A DNA stretch of 64,000 nt from an uncultured Candidatus Saccharibacteria bacterium. Lineage in GTDB: Bacteria; Patescibacteriota; Minisyncoccia; UBA6257; 1-14-0-10-44-23. Made by a program: the position numbers and the translations under genes. Where the stretch lies: positions 52,893-116,892 of the forward strand of contig CAZXKC010000002.1 in assembly GCA_964641225.1 (NCBI GenBank), written 5' to 3'. The notes below the pieces were generated by a model. The model saw nothing but the letters and a program-made list of their open reading frames with translations, made no database searches and was not told the DNA's origin. Of this stretch, positions 18,626 through 26,628 are shown in pieces; within the stretch, counting starts at the first letter, position 1, and each line of letters opens with the position of its first letter.

Positions 18626-19714
18626 ATGACACCGATTTACTTTGGTATTTTATTGTTCGTACTCATCGCCGGTTTTGCCGTCCTACTCATGCATCTGCGC
18701 CGTTCAGGCGCCTCTAAAGACGAGGGGCAGGGTATGGTGTTGCTTCAGCAGCAGCTCCAGCAGCTGACCAGCGCCGTTGATTCCAAGCTGGGCGAGAGCC
18801 GTAAAGAGATGACTGAAAGCGTTCGCCATCAGTTTAGTCAGTCGCAGCAATTACTGCGCGAAATCAGCGAACAGATGAATAAATCGCTGGTTGATGTTAC
18901 GCGTGAGCAGACAAAAACAAACGAGCAGACTAAACAGTTCATGACAATTGCCGAGCAGCTTTCGAGCCTTGAGAAGGTACTCAAGCATCAAAAACAGCGT
19001 GGCAATCTGGGCGAGGCCTCGCTTGAGCTTATTTTGAGCAATATGCTCGCACCCGGGCAGTATAAAATGCAGCATCAGTTTAAAAATGGCGAGGTTGTTG
19101 ATGCAGTTATTCAAACTAAAGAAGGCTTGATTCCAATTGACGCTAAATTTTCATTAGATAACTACAACCGTGTTACGCAGGCGCTCGATGATCGTCAGCG
19201 CGAGGAATTAGAGAAGGTATTTCGTACTGATTTAAAAAAGCGTATCGATGAGACTGCTAAATATGTGCGGCCAGAGGAGGGAACGCTTTCGTTTGCCTTT
19301 ATGTTTATTCCTGCCGAAGGTATTTATTACGACCTGCTCGTGAACGAGGTTGGCGCGGTTAAAGTAAATACCCGTAATTTAATTGAATACGCTCAGCATG
19401 AAAAAAAGGTCATTATTGTCTCGCCGACAACCTTCTACGCATATTTGCAATCCGTGTTGTATGGATTTAAGGCGTTTAAAATTGAGCAGACGGCAAAAGA
19501 TATTATTAAGCGGGTTGATGACCTCGGTAAACATTTAAAGGCGCACGAGGATTATATGACGCGCCTTGGAAACGCAATGAGTACGACCGTCAATCATTAT
19601 AATGCCGCGTATAAAGAGCTTGGCAAAGTAGATAAGGACGTACTGCGCATCACCGGTGACGGAGTTGGGTTTGACGTCAAGCAATTAGAAAAACCCACCG
19701 TTGATAATGAATAG
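18626..19714 (+). CDS. rmuC: DNA recombination protein RmuC
   Basis: N-terminal TM helix, a Q-rich coiled coil, and a RmuC-like C-terminal block (…VIIVSPTTFYAYLQSV…). Confidence 0.8.
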   Translation: MTPIYFGILLFVLIAGFAVLLMHLRRSGASKDEGQGMVLLQQQLQQLTSAVDSKLGESRKEMTESVRHQFSQSQQLLREISEQMNKSLVDVTREQTKTNEQTKQFMTIAEQLSSLEKVLKHQKQRGNLGEASLELILSNMLAPGQYKMQHQFKNGEVVDAVIQTKEGLIPIDAKFSLDNYNRVTQALDDRQREELEKVFRTDLKKRIDETAKYVRPEEGTLSFAFMFIPAEGIYYDLLVNEVGAVKVNTRNLIEYAQHEKKVIIVSPTTFYAYLQSVLYGFKAFKIEQTAKDIIKRVDDLGKHLKAHEDYMTRLGNAMSTTVNHYNAAYKELGKVDKDVLRITGDGVGFDVKQLEKPTVDNE

Positions 19715-20426
19715 GGTGCAGCAAGATTTAATGTACGATAAAAAATGGTTTAGGTTTTTGAAGAAAACCTGGCTATTTCGATATATTCCTTTTGTTGAAA
19801 TGGCGTTTGGTAGCGGCTCACTTGCGGTAGGTAATGTTGATGAAGAATCAGATTTTGACGTACTGATTGGCGTGCGGGAGGGCAGAATTTTTACCGCGCG
19901 TTTTTGCGCAGCGCTACTGTTTGGCGTGTTTGGGTGGCGCAGGTCAAAGTTGGATCACAGCGTGGCTGCGAGCGACAAGATTTGCCTCAATCATTTTATG
20001 ACGCCGCAGACGTATCGGTTTCAACTGGAGTATAACGAGTACTGGAAGATGATGTATCAAGGGTTAGCTCCAATTTATGGCAGCGATGAAAAAGTGAAGG
20101 CATTCTTTGATGCAAACAGAGGCTGGGTAGGGGATTTTACGTACGAAGGCGATCTACGGCATCTACACAAAACATCTGCTCTAAAAAAACGTTTTTTTGA
20201 ATCTTTACTCGCTGGTAATTTTGGAGATTGGGTAGAAAAAAAGTTAAAAGCGTATCAAATACAACGAATCGAAAGAGGGTTGCCGCAAGAGCAGCAGGGT
20301 AAGGCGCCGCGCATTATTCGTGTATCTGGCAGTGCGCCAGCTCAGGTTGATTTGCCCCCGCTTATTAAATACACCGATACCGAGCTTGAGTTTCATCCTG
20401 ATCCGGTGCGAATAGAAATAGTTTAG
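19701..20426 (+). CDS. Nucleotidyltransferase-fold protein (MNT-like)
   Basis: GSGSLAVGNVDEESDFDVLIGV matches the polymerase-beta NTase motif hG[GS]…DhDhhh. Confidence 0.6.
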   Translation: MIMNRVQQDLMYDKKWFRFLKKTWLFRYIPFVEMAFGSGSLAVGNVDEESDFDVLIGVREGRIFTARFCAALLFGVFGWRRSKLDHSVAASDKICLNHFMTPQTYRFQLEYNEYWKMMYQGLAPIYGSDEKVKAFFDANRGWVGDFTYEGDLRHLHKTSALKKRFFESLLAGNFGDWVEKKLKAYQIQRIERGLPQEQQGKAPRIIRVSGSAPAQVDLPPLIKYTDTELEFHPDPVRIEIV

Positions 20427-20427
20427 T

Positions 20428-20469
20428 ATATATCACTATCTAGAACGGCCGTTCTAGATAGTGATATAT
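20428..20469. repeat. 42-bp perfect palindrome with a GGCC centre and no spacer
   Basis: atatatcactatctagaacgg|ccgttctagatagtgatatat begins directly after the NTase stop codon. No T-run follows. Confidence 0.8.
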
Positions 20470-20653
20470 TATAAGATAGGCGTTAATATTTTACGAAAGG
20501 TTTGCGCTATAATGAGGGTATGCCCCGTAATACAACCGCGAGCATTGCCTACGGCAATTAGATCGTGTGGGCACGATAGCATCGCACCTTTATATTGCAT
20601 GAGGAATGTATTCTATTACAAACTCTTAAAAACTCGCGGTTGATATACAGGGT

Positions 20654-21574
20654 ATGGCCAAGATTGATGAGCTTCTTCAGGATTATTTGGATTATTTGAC
20701 TGTCGAGAAGGGGCGCTCGCCAAAGACGAGGCGTAATTACGAGCATTATTTGCGCGTATTTTTTAAGGATGCCGATATCAAGAAAGAAACAGATATTACC
20801 GAGCGCGTAGTTAAATCATTTCGTGTGCGACTTTCAGAGCAGCAGAGCGGTCGTGGTGGCGTGATGAAAAAGGTAACGCAGAATTATTACGTGATCGCGC
20901 TTCGCAGTTTTTTGAAATATCTTGCCAAGCATGATCATAACGTGATTGCCGCCGACAAGATTGAACTACCGAAAATTGCACAGCGCCAGATTGATATTCC
21001 TGAATATAAAGAGTTTGATCGACTGATGAGCGCCCCAGAGGGCGAAAGCCTGCGCGCACTGCGCGATCGCGCCATCTTAGAGACACTATTTTCAACAGGC
21101 CTGCGTGTTTCTGAGTTATGTAACCTGAGTCGCTACCTTGATCTGAGTCGCGGAGAGATAACCGTACGCGGTAAGGGTGAAAAACTGCGCGTGGTGTTTT
21201 TTTCAGATAGCTGTAAGGCAACGATAAAAAAGTATTTAGATGCGCGCGGCGATGCTATGGAGTGGATGTTTGTCAGTCTCACACGGGTTCCGAAGAAATC
21301 GCAGAAGCCACCGAAGGTGATCGGCAAAATAACTCCGCGTTCTGTGCAAAACATGGTGAATTTTTATTCCCGCAAAGCCGGGCTTTCTCAGAAGGTGACG
21401 CCACACAAGCTTCGTCACTTATTTGCCACTGACTTACTGATTAACGGCGCCGACCTGCGTTCCGTTCAAGAACTGCTTGGTCACAGCAATATTTCTACCA
21501 CGCAAATTTATACGCACTTAACTAATAAACAATTAGGGGACGTGCATAAGAAATTCCATGGAAAGCGGACGTAG
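20654..21574 (+). CDS. xerC: XerC/XerD-family tyrosine recombinase
   Basis: N-terminal SAM-like domain (LQDYLDYLTVEKGRSPKTRRNYEHYLRVFF). C-terminal catalytic motifs HKLRHLFATDLL…LLGHSNISTTQIYTHL. Confidence 0.85.
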   Translation: MAKIDELLQDYLDYLTVEKGRSPKTRRNYEHYLRVFFKDADIKKETDITERVVKSFRVRLSEQQSGRGGVMKKVTQNYYVIALRSFLKYLAKHDHNVIAADKIELPKIAQRQIDIPEYKEFDRLMSAPEGESLRALRDRAILETLFSTGLRVSELCNLSRYLDLSRGEITVRGKGEKLRVVFFSDSCKATIKKYLDARGDAMEWMFVSLTRVPKKSQKPPKVIGKITPRSVQNMVNFYSRKAGLSQKVTPHKLRHLFATDLLINGADLRSVQELLGHSNISTTQIYTHLTNKQLGDVHKKFHGKRT

Positions 21575-21610
21575 ACTAATAGGGTTTTTTGCGACATAAT
21601 AGCCTTTATC

Positions 21611-21692
21611 GCTCTCGTGGTGAAATTGGCAGACACGCCACCCTTAGGAGGTGGTGCCGCAAGGCATGGAGGTTCAAGTCCTCCCGAGAGCA
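21611..21692 (+). tRNA. tRNA-Leu (TAG)
   Basis: Acceptor GCTCTCG/CGAGAGC, anticodon stem CCACC/GGTGG with loop CTTAGGA, long variable arm TGCCGCAAGGCA, T-arm GGAGG-TTCAAGT-CCTCC, discriminator A. Confidence 0.85.
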
Positions 21693-21703
21693 CCCTGAAA
21701 ATC

Positions 21704-21727
21704 AAAAACGCCCTTGCGGGCGTTTTT
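21704..21727 (+). terminator. Rho-independent terminator
   Basis: aaaaacgcccttgcgggcgttttt. Confidence 0.6.
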
Positions 21728-21743
21728 GATTTGATACCAATTA

Positions 21744-22091
21744 CTAACCTTGTCCGAGCAACTGCGCAACTACGAACGATACTCCTTGTGCCAAGAAGGC
21801 GACGGCGATGGCAACTACTGCGTAGATGATGCGCTGGTGAGCTGCTTTAACTTTTTCTTCGTCACCACCAGAGGTCAGGTAAGCGAAGGCGGCCCAGATG
21901 ATCATCAGTACTGCGACAACGAGTAAAATAGTGAACAACCAGCGGATGACGGTGTCAAAAATACCAAGAACTCCTTCAAAGCTACGAATGCCTGGAGGCG
22001 GAGTCGTTGTCGGGATATCGATAGCCATAGCAGCTAGAGGCATAAAGGCTACGAATGCAATTGCGCTGATCGCGAGAATCTTTTTCTTCAT
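21744..22091 (-). CDS. TrbC/VirB2-like (T4SS-pilin-like) small secreted protein, a singleton copy
   Basis: Signal peptide followed by two TM segments around a short SGG..E loop (…IRWLFTILLVVAVLMIIWAAFAYLTSGGDEEKVKAAHQRIIYAVVAIAVAFL…). The same motif recurs in the 24583-27867 array. Confidence 0.6.
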   Translation of the reverse strand: MKKKILAISAIAFVAFMPLAAMAIDIPTTTPPPGIRSFEGVLGIFDTVIRWLFTILLVVAVLMIIWAAFAYLTSGGDEEKVKAAHQRIIYAVVAIAVAFLAQGVSFVVAQLLGQG

Positions 22092-22210
22092 ACGTTGTTA
22101 TTAATTTGTAAAACTTAATTCGTTAATTCAAGTATAACATATCTCTATGTGTATATAGCGGATTCGGTGGATAACGTACAGTTTGAATAGGGAATTTTTT
22201 GATCATTTGA

Positions 22211-22412
22211 CCTAGAGCCTGCTGAGAAACCCCCTCCGTACCGCGTTGCTCAGCCACAACGGCTGGCAACCCTCTGGGATCCGACAAAAACCCGTTAGCC
22301 CTTTGTCGGCTCGTCCTCGAAGTAGCCGAAGCTACTCCTTGCGGCGAGTCTTCTCGGTCTAACGGGTTTTTGTCTAGATCGCGGTTGAAGGGGGTTTCCC
22401 GGCAGGCTCTAA
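22211..22412 (-). ncRNA. GC-rich structured-RNA-like element, copy B
   Basis: On the minus strand the closing helix is agagcctgc-cggGAAACCCCCT paired with AGGGGGTTTC-tca-gcaggctct. Internal helices are gacaaaaacccgttag/ctaacgggtttttgtc, ggagtagc-UUCG-gctacttc and gttgc-cagcc-gttgt-ggctg-a-gcaac. It aligns to copy A with compensatory substitutions. Confidence 0.45.
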
Positions 22413-22435
22413 ATGCCACTAATATGCGCTAATAC

Positions 22436-22464
22436 TTGACAAAATAGATATAGTATGCTATACT
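22436..22464 (+). promoter_or_regulatory. Consensus sigma70-type promoter upstream of the GC-rich two-gene island
   Basis: TTGACA, then 17 nt (aaatagatatagtatgc), then TATACT (a TATAAT also overlaps at 22464-22469). Confidence 0.55.
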
Positions 22465-22713
22465 ATAATTCGTCAGTCGTGTACCTTGAAAACCTAGGTA
22501 TAGAGCCGTTTTTAGCGGTTTTATGCAATACCTTGCTCTAATTCGTCACGAAATGGGAATCGTATAGCTGATAATGCATAGTCAGCTATACAACTCCCGT
22601 TTCGTGTTAAGTTTGGTTCCTTGTGGAGCCAGCACGGATGGGGCAAGGGCTCTAGTGGCCCGACGCGGGCAAAAGAATGGCCCGCGTTAAGCGGCCATTG
22701 GAGGAGAAAGAAC

Positions 22714-23772
22714 ATGAGTGCAGGACACGGTAGTGGCGGTGGCAAGGGGATGGCGATCTTCGGACTGGTCATCCTGACCACCGTAATCGCCGTGCTCTTC
22801 ATGGTCTTGCCGGAGGAATACCAGCTGCTGATCGGCGCCATCGCGCTTGTCGCAGGGCTCGGACTCACGGCAGTCATCTTCTGTGCGAAGAGCGTTGTCT
22901 TCAACAAGGCAGGGCATGCTCTGATCCAGGAGGAGTTTGGTGATCCCGTAGGAGACGTGAAGAGAAGCCCGGGACCCGCATGGGTTCCGGCATATCGCCG
23001 ACCGATCGTGGTGCACGAGGAGATCAAGACCCTCGATACTACGATCAGGATCGTCACCAGCGGCAGCGCTCAGCCGATTCCCGGACTCTCGATGCTCGCT
23101 AGTCTGCCCGAAGGGCTCGCGATCGAGATTGATGGCTTCATCCGCTATCGGGATTCGGCCACGGTGCTCGACGCCATGGGCAATCCTCAGGTTCTCAGAG
23201 TCAGCAGGCAGAACAGGGAGACTGCGATTCGGCACGCCAGCGAATCGGTGGGCACTATGATCGGCTCCGGATATACGATGGGGGACATCCTCCTGCATCT
23301 TCCGGAGGTCGACAAGATCCACAAGTGCCGACTCGAGCTCTCTCGCATGCCCAATGACGACTCGAGGTTCCTGGATCACTACGGCGTTCGTCGTCCTGTG
23401 CCTCACAAGCTGCCGGACTTCTTCCGTCGTAACCACGCCCGAGTTGACGAGTGGATCGAGCGGTGGGCGGCCACTGAGTCTTCCAGGACCGAAAAGGATG
23501 TCGCGGTCGAGATCATCGAGACCGGAATCCGCAGGGTCAGGCTGCCTCCCCAGATCGACGCTCTCAATCAGCGTAGGGTCTACGGCATCGTCTTCGGCGA
23601 GCTCGTCAAGTCTTACGTTGACGACTACGGAATGACGCCTGCTGAGGCCAAGATCAGCGCTGCTCAAGTGCTGGGGTTCGATGCCCAGACGCGCGAGGTT
23701 CGTTCAACCGGAACTGGCAGGGGTCGTAACATCAACGTGATCGATGGCGGTCACGGCGGTTCGCACCACTAG
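22714..23772 (+). CDS. Hypothetical membrane protein on a GC-rich island; two N-terminal TM helices then a ~280-aa soluble domain, possibly SPFH/band-7-like
   Basis: RBS ggaggagaaagaacATG. Sequence runs MSAGHGSGGGKGMAIFGLVILTTVIAVLFMV…LLIGAIALVAGLGLTAVIF…. GC content is about 60%. The SPFH assignment is tentative. Confidence 0.5.
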   Translation: MSAGHGSGGGKGMAIFGLVILTTVIAVLFMVLPEEYQLLIGAIALVAGLGLTAVIFCAKSVVFNKAGHALIQEEFGDPVGDVKRSPGPAWVPAYRRPIVVHEEIKTLDTTIRIVTSGSAQPIPGLSMLASLPEGLAIEIDGFIRYRDSATVLDAMGNPQVLRVSRQNRETAIRHASESVGTMIGSGYTMGDILLHLPEVDKIHKCRLELSRMPNDDSRFLDHYGVRRPVPHKLPDFFRRNHARVDEWIERWAATESSRTEKDVAVEIIETGIRRVRLPPQIDALNQRRVYGIVFGELVKSYVDDYGMTPAEAKISAAQVLGFDAQTREVRSTGTGRGRNINVIDGGHGGSHH

Positions 23773-23807
23773 CGTAGTTCACTTCACAGAGAAAGGAATT
23801 CGGAAAG

Positions 23808-24407
23808 ATGACTGAAGCACACGCGCCGCATGCTGAAGAAGAGCACGGCCACGACGCTGACGAACCCGTCTTCGAGACGGCTCCTACCTTCTGGGACGAG
23901 CAGAAGAGCTGGCTCGTGCCGGTCCTCGTGATTCTCATCACGCTGGCCTTCGTTGTTCCGATCGTCTTGCTCCTGAAGGCGCATGCGAAGGCGAAGCAGG
24001 AGGCACTCAAGCAGGTGCCCGCGGCCGTCCAGCCGCAGGCGACTCAGCAGTACGGCGTGCCGGTGGCTGCGCCACAGGTCGTCGAGATGCCCCAGGACGA
24101 GGTCTACCCGCGCGATATCGCCGGCGGCAAGACCTGGGAGAAGATCTACGGCGGCACCCGGGCGAAGGTCCGGCGGCCGGCCAACGGGTATGTCCAGTGG
24201 CAGGACGTGCTCATCAGTACAGACGGGAAGAGTTGGCAGAACTTCCCGGACGGTCGTAACAACTACGACCACACGCTCGCCGAGCAGTCCGGAGTCTTCG
24301 ATATCCGGGCCGTCGATGAAACGATTCCGTTCAATCGCGGAATCAGGGTGGTGATCGCCGACCATCCGCTGCCCGATCCTCCCGGTGCGGGAACGATCGT
24401 CAAGTAG
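23808..24407 (+). CDS. Hypothetical single-pass membrane protein on a GC-rich island
   Basis: RBS gaaaggaa. An acidic, His-rich N-terminus precedes a TM helix (WLVPVLVILITLAFVVPIVLLL) and a Q/P-rich extracellular part. It is co-oriented with the upstream gene at a 35-bp gap. Confidence 0.5.
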   Translation: MTEAHAPHAEEEHGHDADEPVFETAPTFWDEQKSWLVPVLVILITLAFVVPIVLLLKAHAKAKQEALKQVPAAVQPQATQQYGVPVAAPQVVEMPQDEVYPRDIAGGKTWEKIYGGTRAKVRRPANGYVQWQDVLISTDGKSWQNFPDGRNNYDHTLAEQSGVFDIRAVDETIPFNRGIRVVIADHPLPDPPGAGTIVK

Positions 24408-24480
24408 GGCAGTTAGTCAGCGTATCGCGAGACACAAGAAAGGAGGCGAAATTAAGCCGTCGTGTCTCGCAGCAAGAAGG

Positions 24481-24513
24481 GCCCCGATGACCGCAAGGTT
24501 GTCGGGGCTTTTT
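24481..24513 (+). terminator. Rho-independent terminator
   Basis: gccccgatgaccgcaaggttgtcggggc followed by ttttt. Confidence 0.6.
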
Positions 24514-24535
24514 CTATTGGAGAGGGAAATAAAAC

Positions 24536-24562
24536 CGGGCGGCCTGAGTAGGCCGCCCGGAA
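24536..24562. terminator. Bidirectional GC hairpin (ccgggcggc…gccgcccgg family)
   Basis: ccgggcggcctgagtaggccgcccgg, with an A/T-rich flank on the minus side, downstream of the pilin-like operon. Confidence 0.5.
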
Positions 24563-24582
24563 AGATCTTTGCCGATCTATAT

Positions 24583-25080
24583 TTAAAACTTGATATTTGG
24601 GTTGAGCTGAATGCTGCCGTACTTTGTGTTGACGTTGATGCTGGCGTTTACATTGCCATTCTGGTTTCCGTTAAGACCATTTTGGCCAACTGCGCTGCTG
24701 CCGTCGCTGACGAGCTGGTATACAACAAATACAATGCCTTTTGAAAGAAGAGCGACGGCAATTGCTACTGCGGCGTAAATGATCATCTTGTGGGCTGAAG
24801 CAACGGCCTCTTCTGCGCCTCCTGAGAACATGTATTTGTAGGCCGCAAAGATGATCCACATCACGGCGAGTACGAGCAGGAGGATAAACATCCAGTTGGC
24901 GATCGTAACGATCAGGCCCTGAATGCCGCTTAAGCCATCACCGCTTTGACCTAAGATTGTGTTTTGCGCGCAGGGGATCGGGCCGCTACAGTCTTGCGTA
25001 ATGTTTTGCTGCGCAAAGGCAACGACGGGCAACAAGAATGTTGCAAGAGAGGCCGCTACAGTTGTAATAAATGTTTTCAT
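24583..25080 (-). CDS. T4SS-pilin-like (TrbC/VirB2-like) protein, array member 5
   Basis: Signal peptide, then …IANWMFILLLVLAVMWIIFAAYKYMFSGGAEEAVASAHKMIIYAAVAIAVALL…, then an N/G-rich tail. Confidence 0.6.
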   Translation of the reverse strand: MKTFITTVAASLATFLLPVVAFAQQNITQDCSGPIPCAQNTILGQSGDGLSGIQGLIVTIANWMFILLLVLAVMWIIFAAYKYMFSGGAEEAVASAHKMIIYAAVAIAVALLSKGIVFVVYQLVSDGSSAVGQNGLNGNQNGNVNASINVNTKYGSIQLNPNIKF

Positions 25081-25092
25081 GCAGATGATAAA

Positions 25093-25821
25093 TTAATTTA
25101 TATTACGGCCATCGAGTGGCCGAATCTCGCCTCCGCTGACACACATAACTGGTCTGCGGCCGTTGGAGCACTGCTGAACCTCGGCGGTGTGTCCTGGAAT
25201 ACTGTAAGGTACAAGTACCGACTGCTTGCCGTCGCTTAAGGTTATATTACTCAAGCTGCCAAAAGTTTGTCCATCCATAATCACAGCAGGGTATTTGGTT
25301 ACGTAACTACCCGAGCTATCTTTGTCGTTGCTGCAGTAGTCGACGAAGACGTCGGTCAGTGTCGGGTGAGGTACTTTAAAGAAGCCGACACCTGGATTTG
25401 CGCAGATTCCCGGAGTAGGGCCTAGCGCAGAGGTTGCCGGCGTTGAGGTTGCCGAGGTCGAGGTGGTGCCACCGCTTCCGCCAAGCACAAAGCGCTGTAC
25501 CGTAAAGACGATACCTTTAGCGAGTGTGCCGACGGCAATAGCGACGGCGGCGTACATCAGCATCTTGTGCGCAGTGCTGACACCTTCTTCGCTGCCACCA
25601 CTAAACAAGTATTTGTAGGCTGCGTAGACGATAAAGGCAACGGCCAGAACAATTAAAAGAGTGAAAAACCAGTTGATGACGGTGTTGATGAGCGCAAGTA
25701 CAGAATCTTCTCCTTGCGGCAGACTGTCTGGTAGTTGTTGGACGCCGCTGACTTGAGCCATTGCTAAGGCAGGAGAGAGAGTCAGGAGCGTAAGTGTCAG
25801 AGCAGTAAAAAGTTTTCGCAT
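25093..25821 (-). CDS. T4SS-pilin-like protein with a Cys-containing C-terminal extension, array member 4
   Basis: …VINWFFTLLIVLAVAFIVYAAYKYLFSGGSEEGVSTAHKMLMYAAVAIAVGTL… plus a ~120-aa tail. Confidence 0.6.
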   Translation of the reverse strand: MRKLFTALTLTLLTLSPALAMAQVSGVQQLPDSLPQGEDSVLALINTVINWFFTLLIVLAVAFIVYAAYKYLFSGGSEEGVSTAHKMLMYAAVAIAVGTLAKGIVFTVQRFVLGGSGGTTSTSATSTPATSALGPTPGICANPGVGFFKVPHPTLTDVFVDYCSNDKDSSGSYVTKYPAVIMDGQTFGSLSNITLSDGKQSVLVPYSIPGHTAEVQQCSNGRRPVMCVSGGEIRPLDGRNIN

Positions 25822-25825
25822 ATGA

Positions 25826-26230
25826 TTACACCTTTGTTACAAAGTTTTGTACGAGCGAAACTAATCCGCGCGAAAGGGTTGCAACAGCGACTGCGATAGC
25901 GCCGTACATAATCATTTTGTGCGCTGTGCCGACATTTTCGCCGCCACCGGCTGTTAGGTAAATAAAGGCGGCGTAGATAAACATGATGATCGCTACCGAG
26001 ATAAAGATGGTGAACATCCAGTTGATGATTTTGTTGATCAAGCCAATTACTTTTTCTTCAGTATCAAGTACGCCTTCGGTGTTGCCGGCACCGTTTGGTG
26101 GTACCTGCTGCACATTGGTCGGGCTACCGTTTGGTGGTACCTGCGTTGTTTGCGCTGTGGCAATAAATGGTGAAGCGATCAGAATACCTGCAGAAAGACC
26201 GGCTGCTAAAAGAACAAGAGTTTTTTTCAT
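25826..26230 (-). CDS. T4SS-pilin-like protein, array member 3
   Basis: …IINWMFTIFISVAIIMFIYAAFIYLTAGGGENVGTAHKMIMYGAIAVAVATL…. Confidence 0.6.
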   Translation of the reverse strand: MKKTLVLLAAGLSAGILIASPFIATAQTTQVPPNGSPTNVQQVPPNGAGNTEGVLDTEEKVIGLINKIINWMFTIFISVAIIMFIYAAFIYLTAGGGENVGTAHKMIMYGAIAVAVATLSRGLVSLVQNFVTKV

Positions 26231-26236
26231 ACTCTC

Positions 26237-26620
26237 TTATAGGGATGGAGTTAATAATTTTTGAACGATTGCAACAATGCCTTGAGCCGCCAGGATGATT
26301 ACGTATCCGATAACAGTATACACAATTGTGTTACGTCCGGTCGCAAACTTTTCCGGATTGCCGGCGGCAAACACCATTTGAAATGCACCAAAGATAACGA
26401 TCAGCGGAACAAGAATCGTGATGATTTTAACGGCTTGTGTAAAGAAATTTTTTAACAGACCTGGTAGGGTTGCATTTGCTCCTAGGGGATTACAGAGCGT
26501 AATCTCGCCATGAGGGCCCGGCGGGCAGCTTGTGTCGTCGGCTGCAAAGGAAACAGAGCCTACGCTTATAATACTAAGCGTGAGTAAGCCTGCAGCAATC
26601 GCTAATAATGCCTTATTCAT
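26237..26620 (-). CDS. T4SS-pilin-like protein, divergent array member 2
   Basis: A signal peptide and two C-terminal TM segments (…ITILVPLIVIFGAFQMVFAAGNPEKF…VIGYVIILAAQGI…). Confidence 0.5.
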   Translation of the reverse strand: MNKALLAIAAGLLTLSIISVGSVSFAADDTSCPPGPHGEITLCNPLGANATLPGLLKNFFTQAVKIITILVPLIVIFGAFQMVFAAGNPEKFATGRNTIVYTVIGYVIILAAQGIVAIVQKLLTPSL

Positions 26621-26628
26621 TGCACTTA

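Noticed and set aside
20427-20470. The palindrome as a simple rho-independent terminator
   Set aside because: The stem is 21 bp, AT-rich, perfect, without a loop or a downstream U-tract, unlike the other terminators in this window. It is kept as a finding instead.
22687-23667. 326-aa antisense ORF and several 80-190-aa ORFs overlapping the GC-rich island (22521..23057-, 23354..23635+, 23784..24365-, 23983..24354+)
   Set aside because: These are typical long open frames in high-GC DNA. They overlap a better sense ORF with RBS and TM topology. Their products are Arg/Pro/Ser-rich nonsense.
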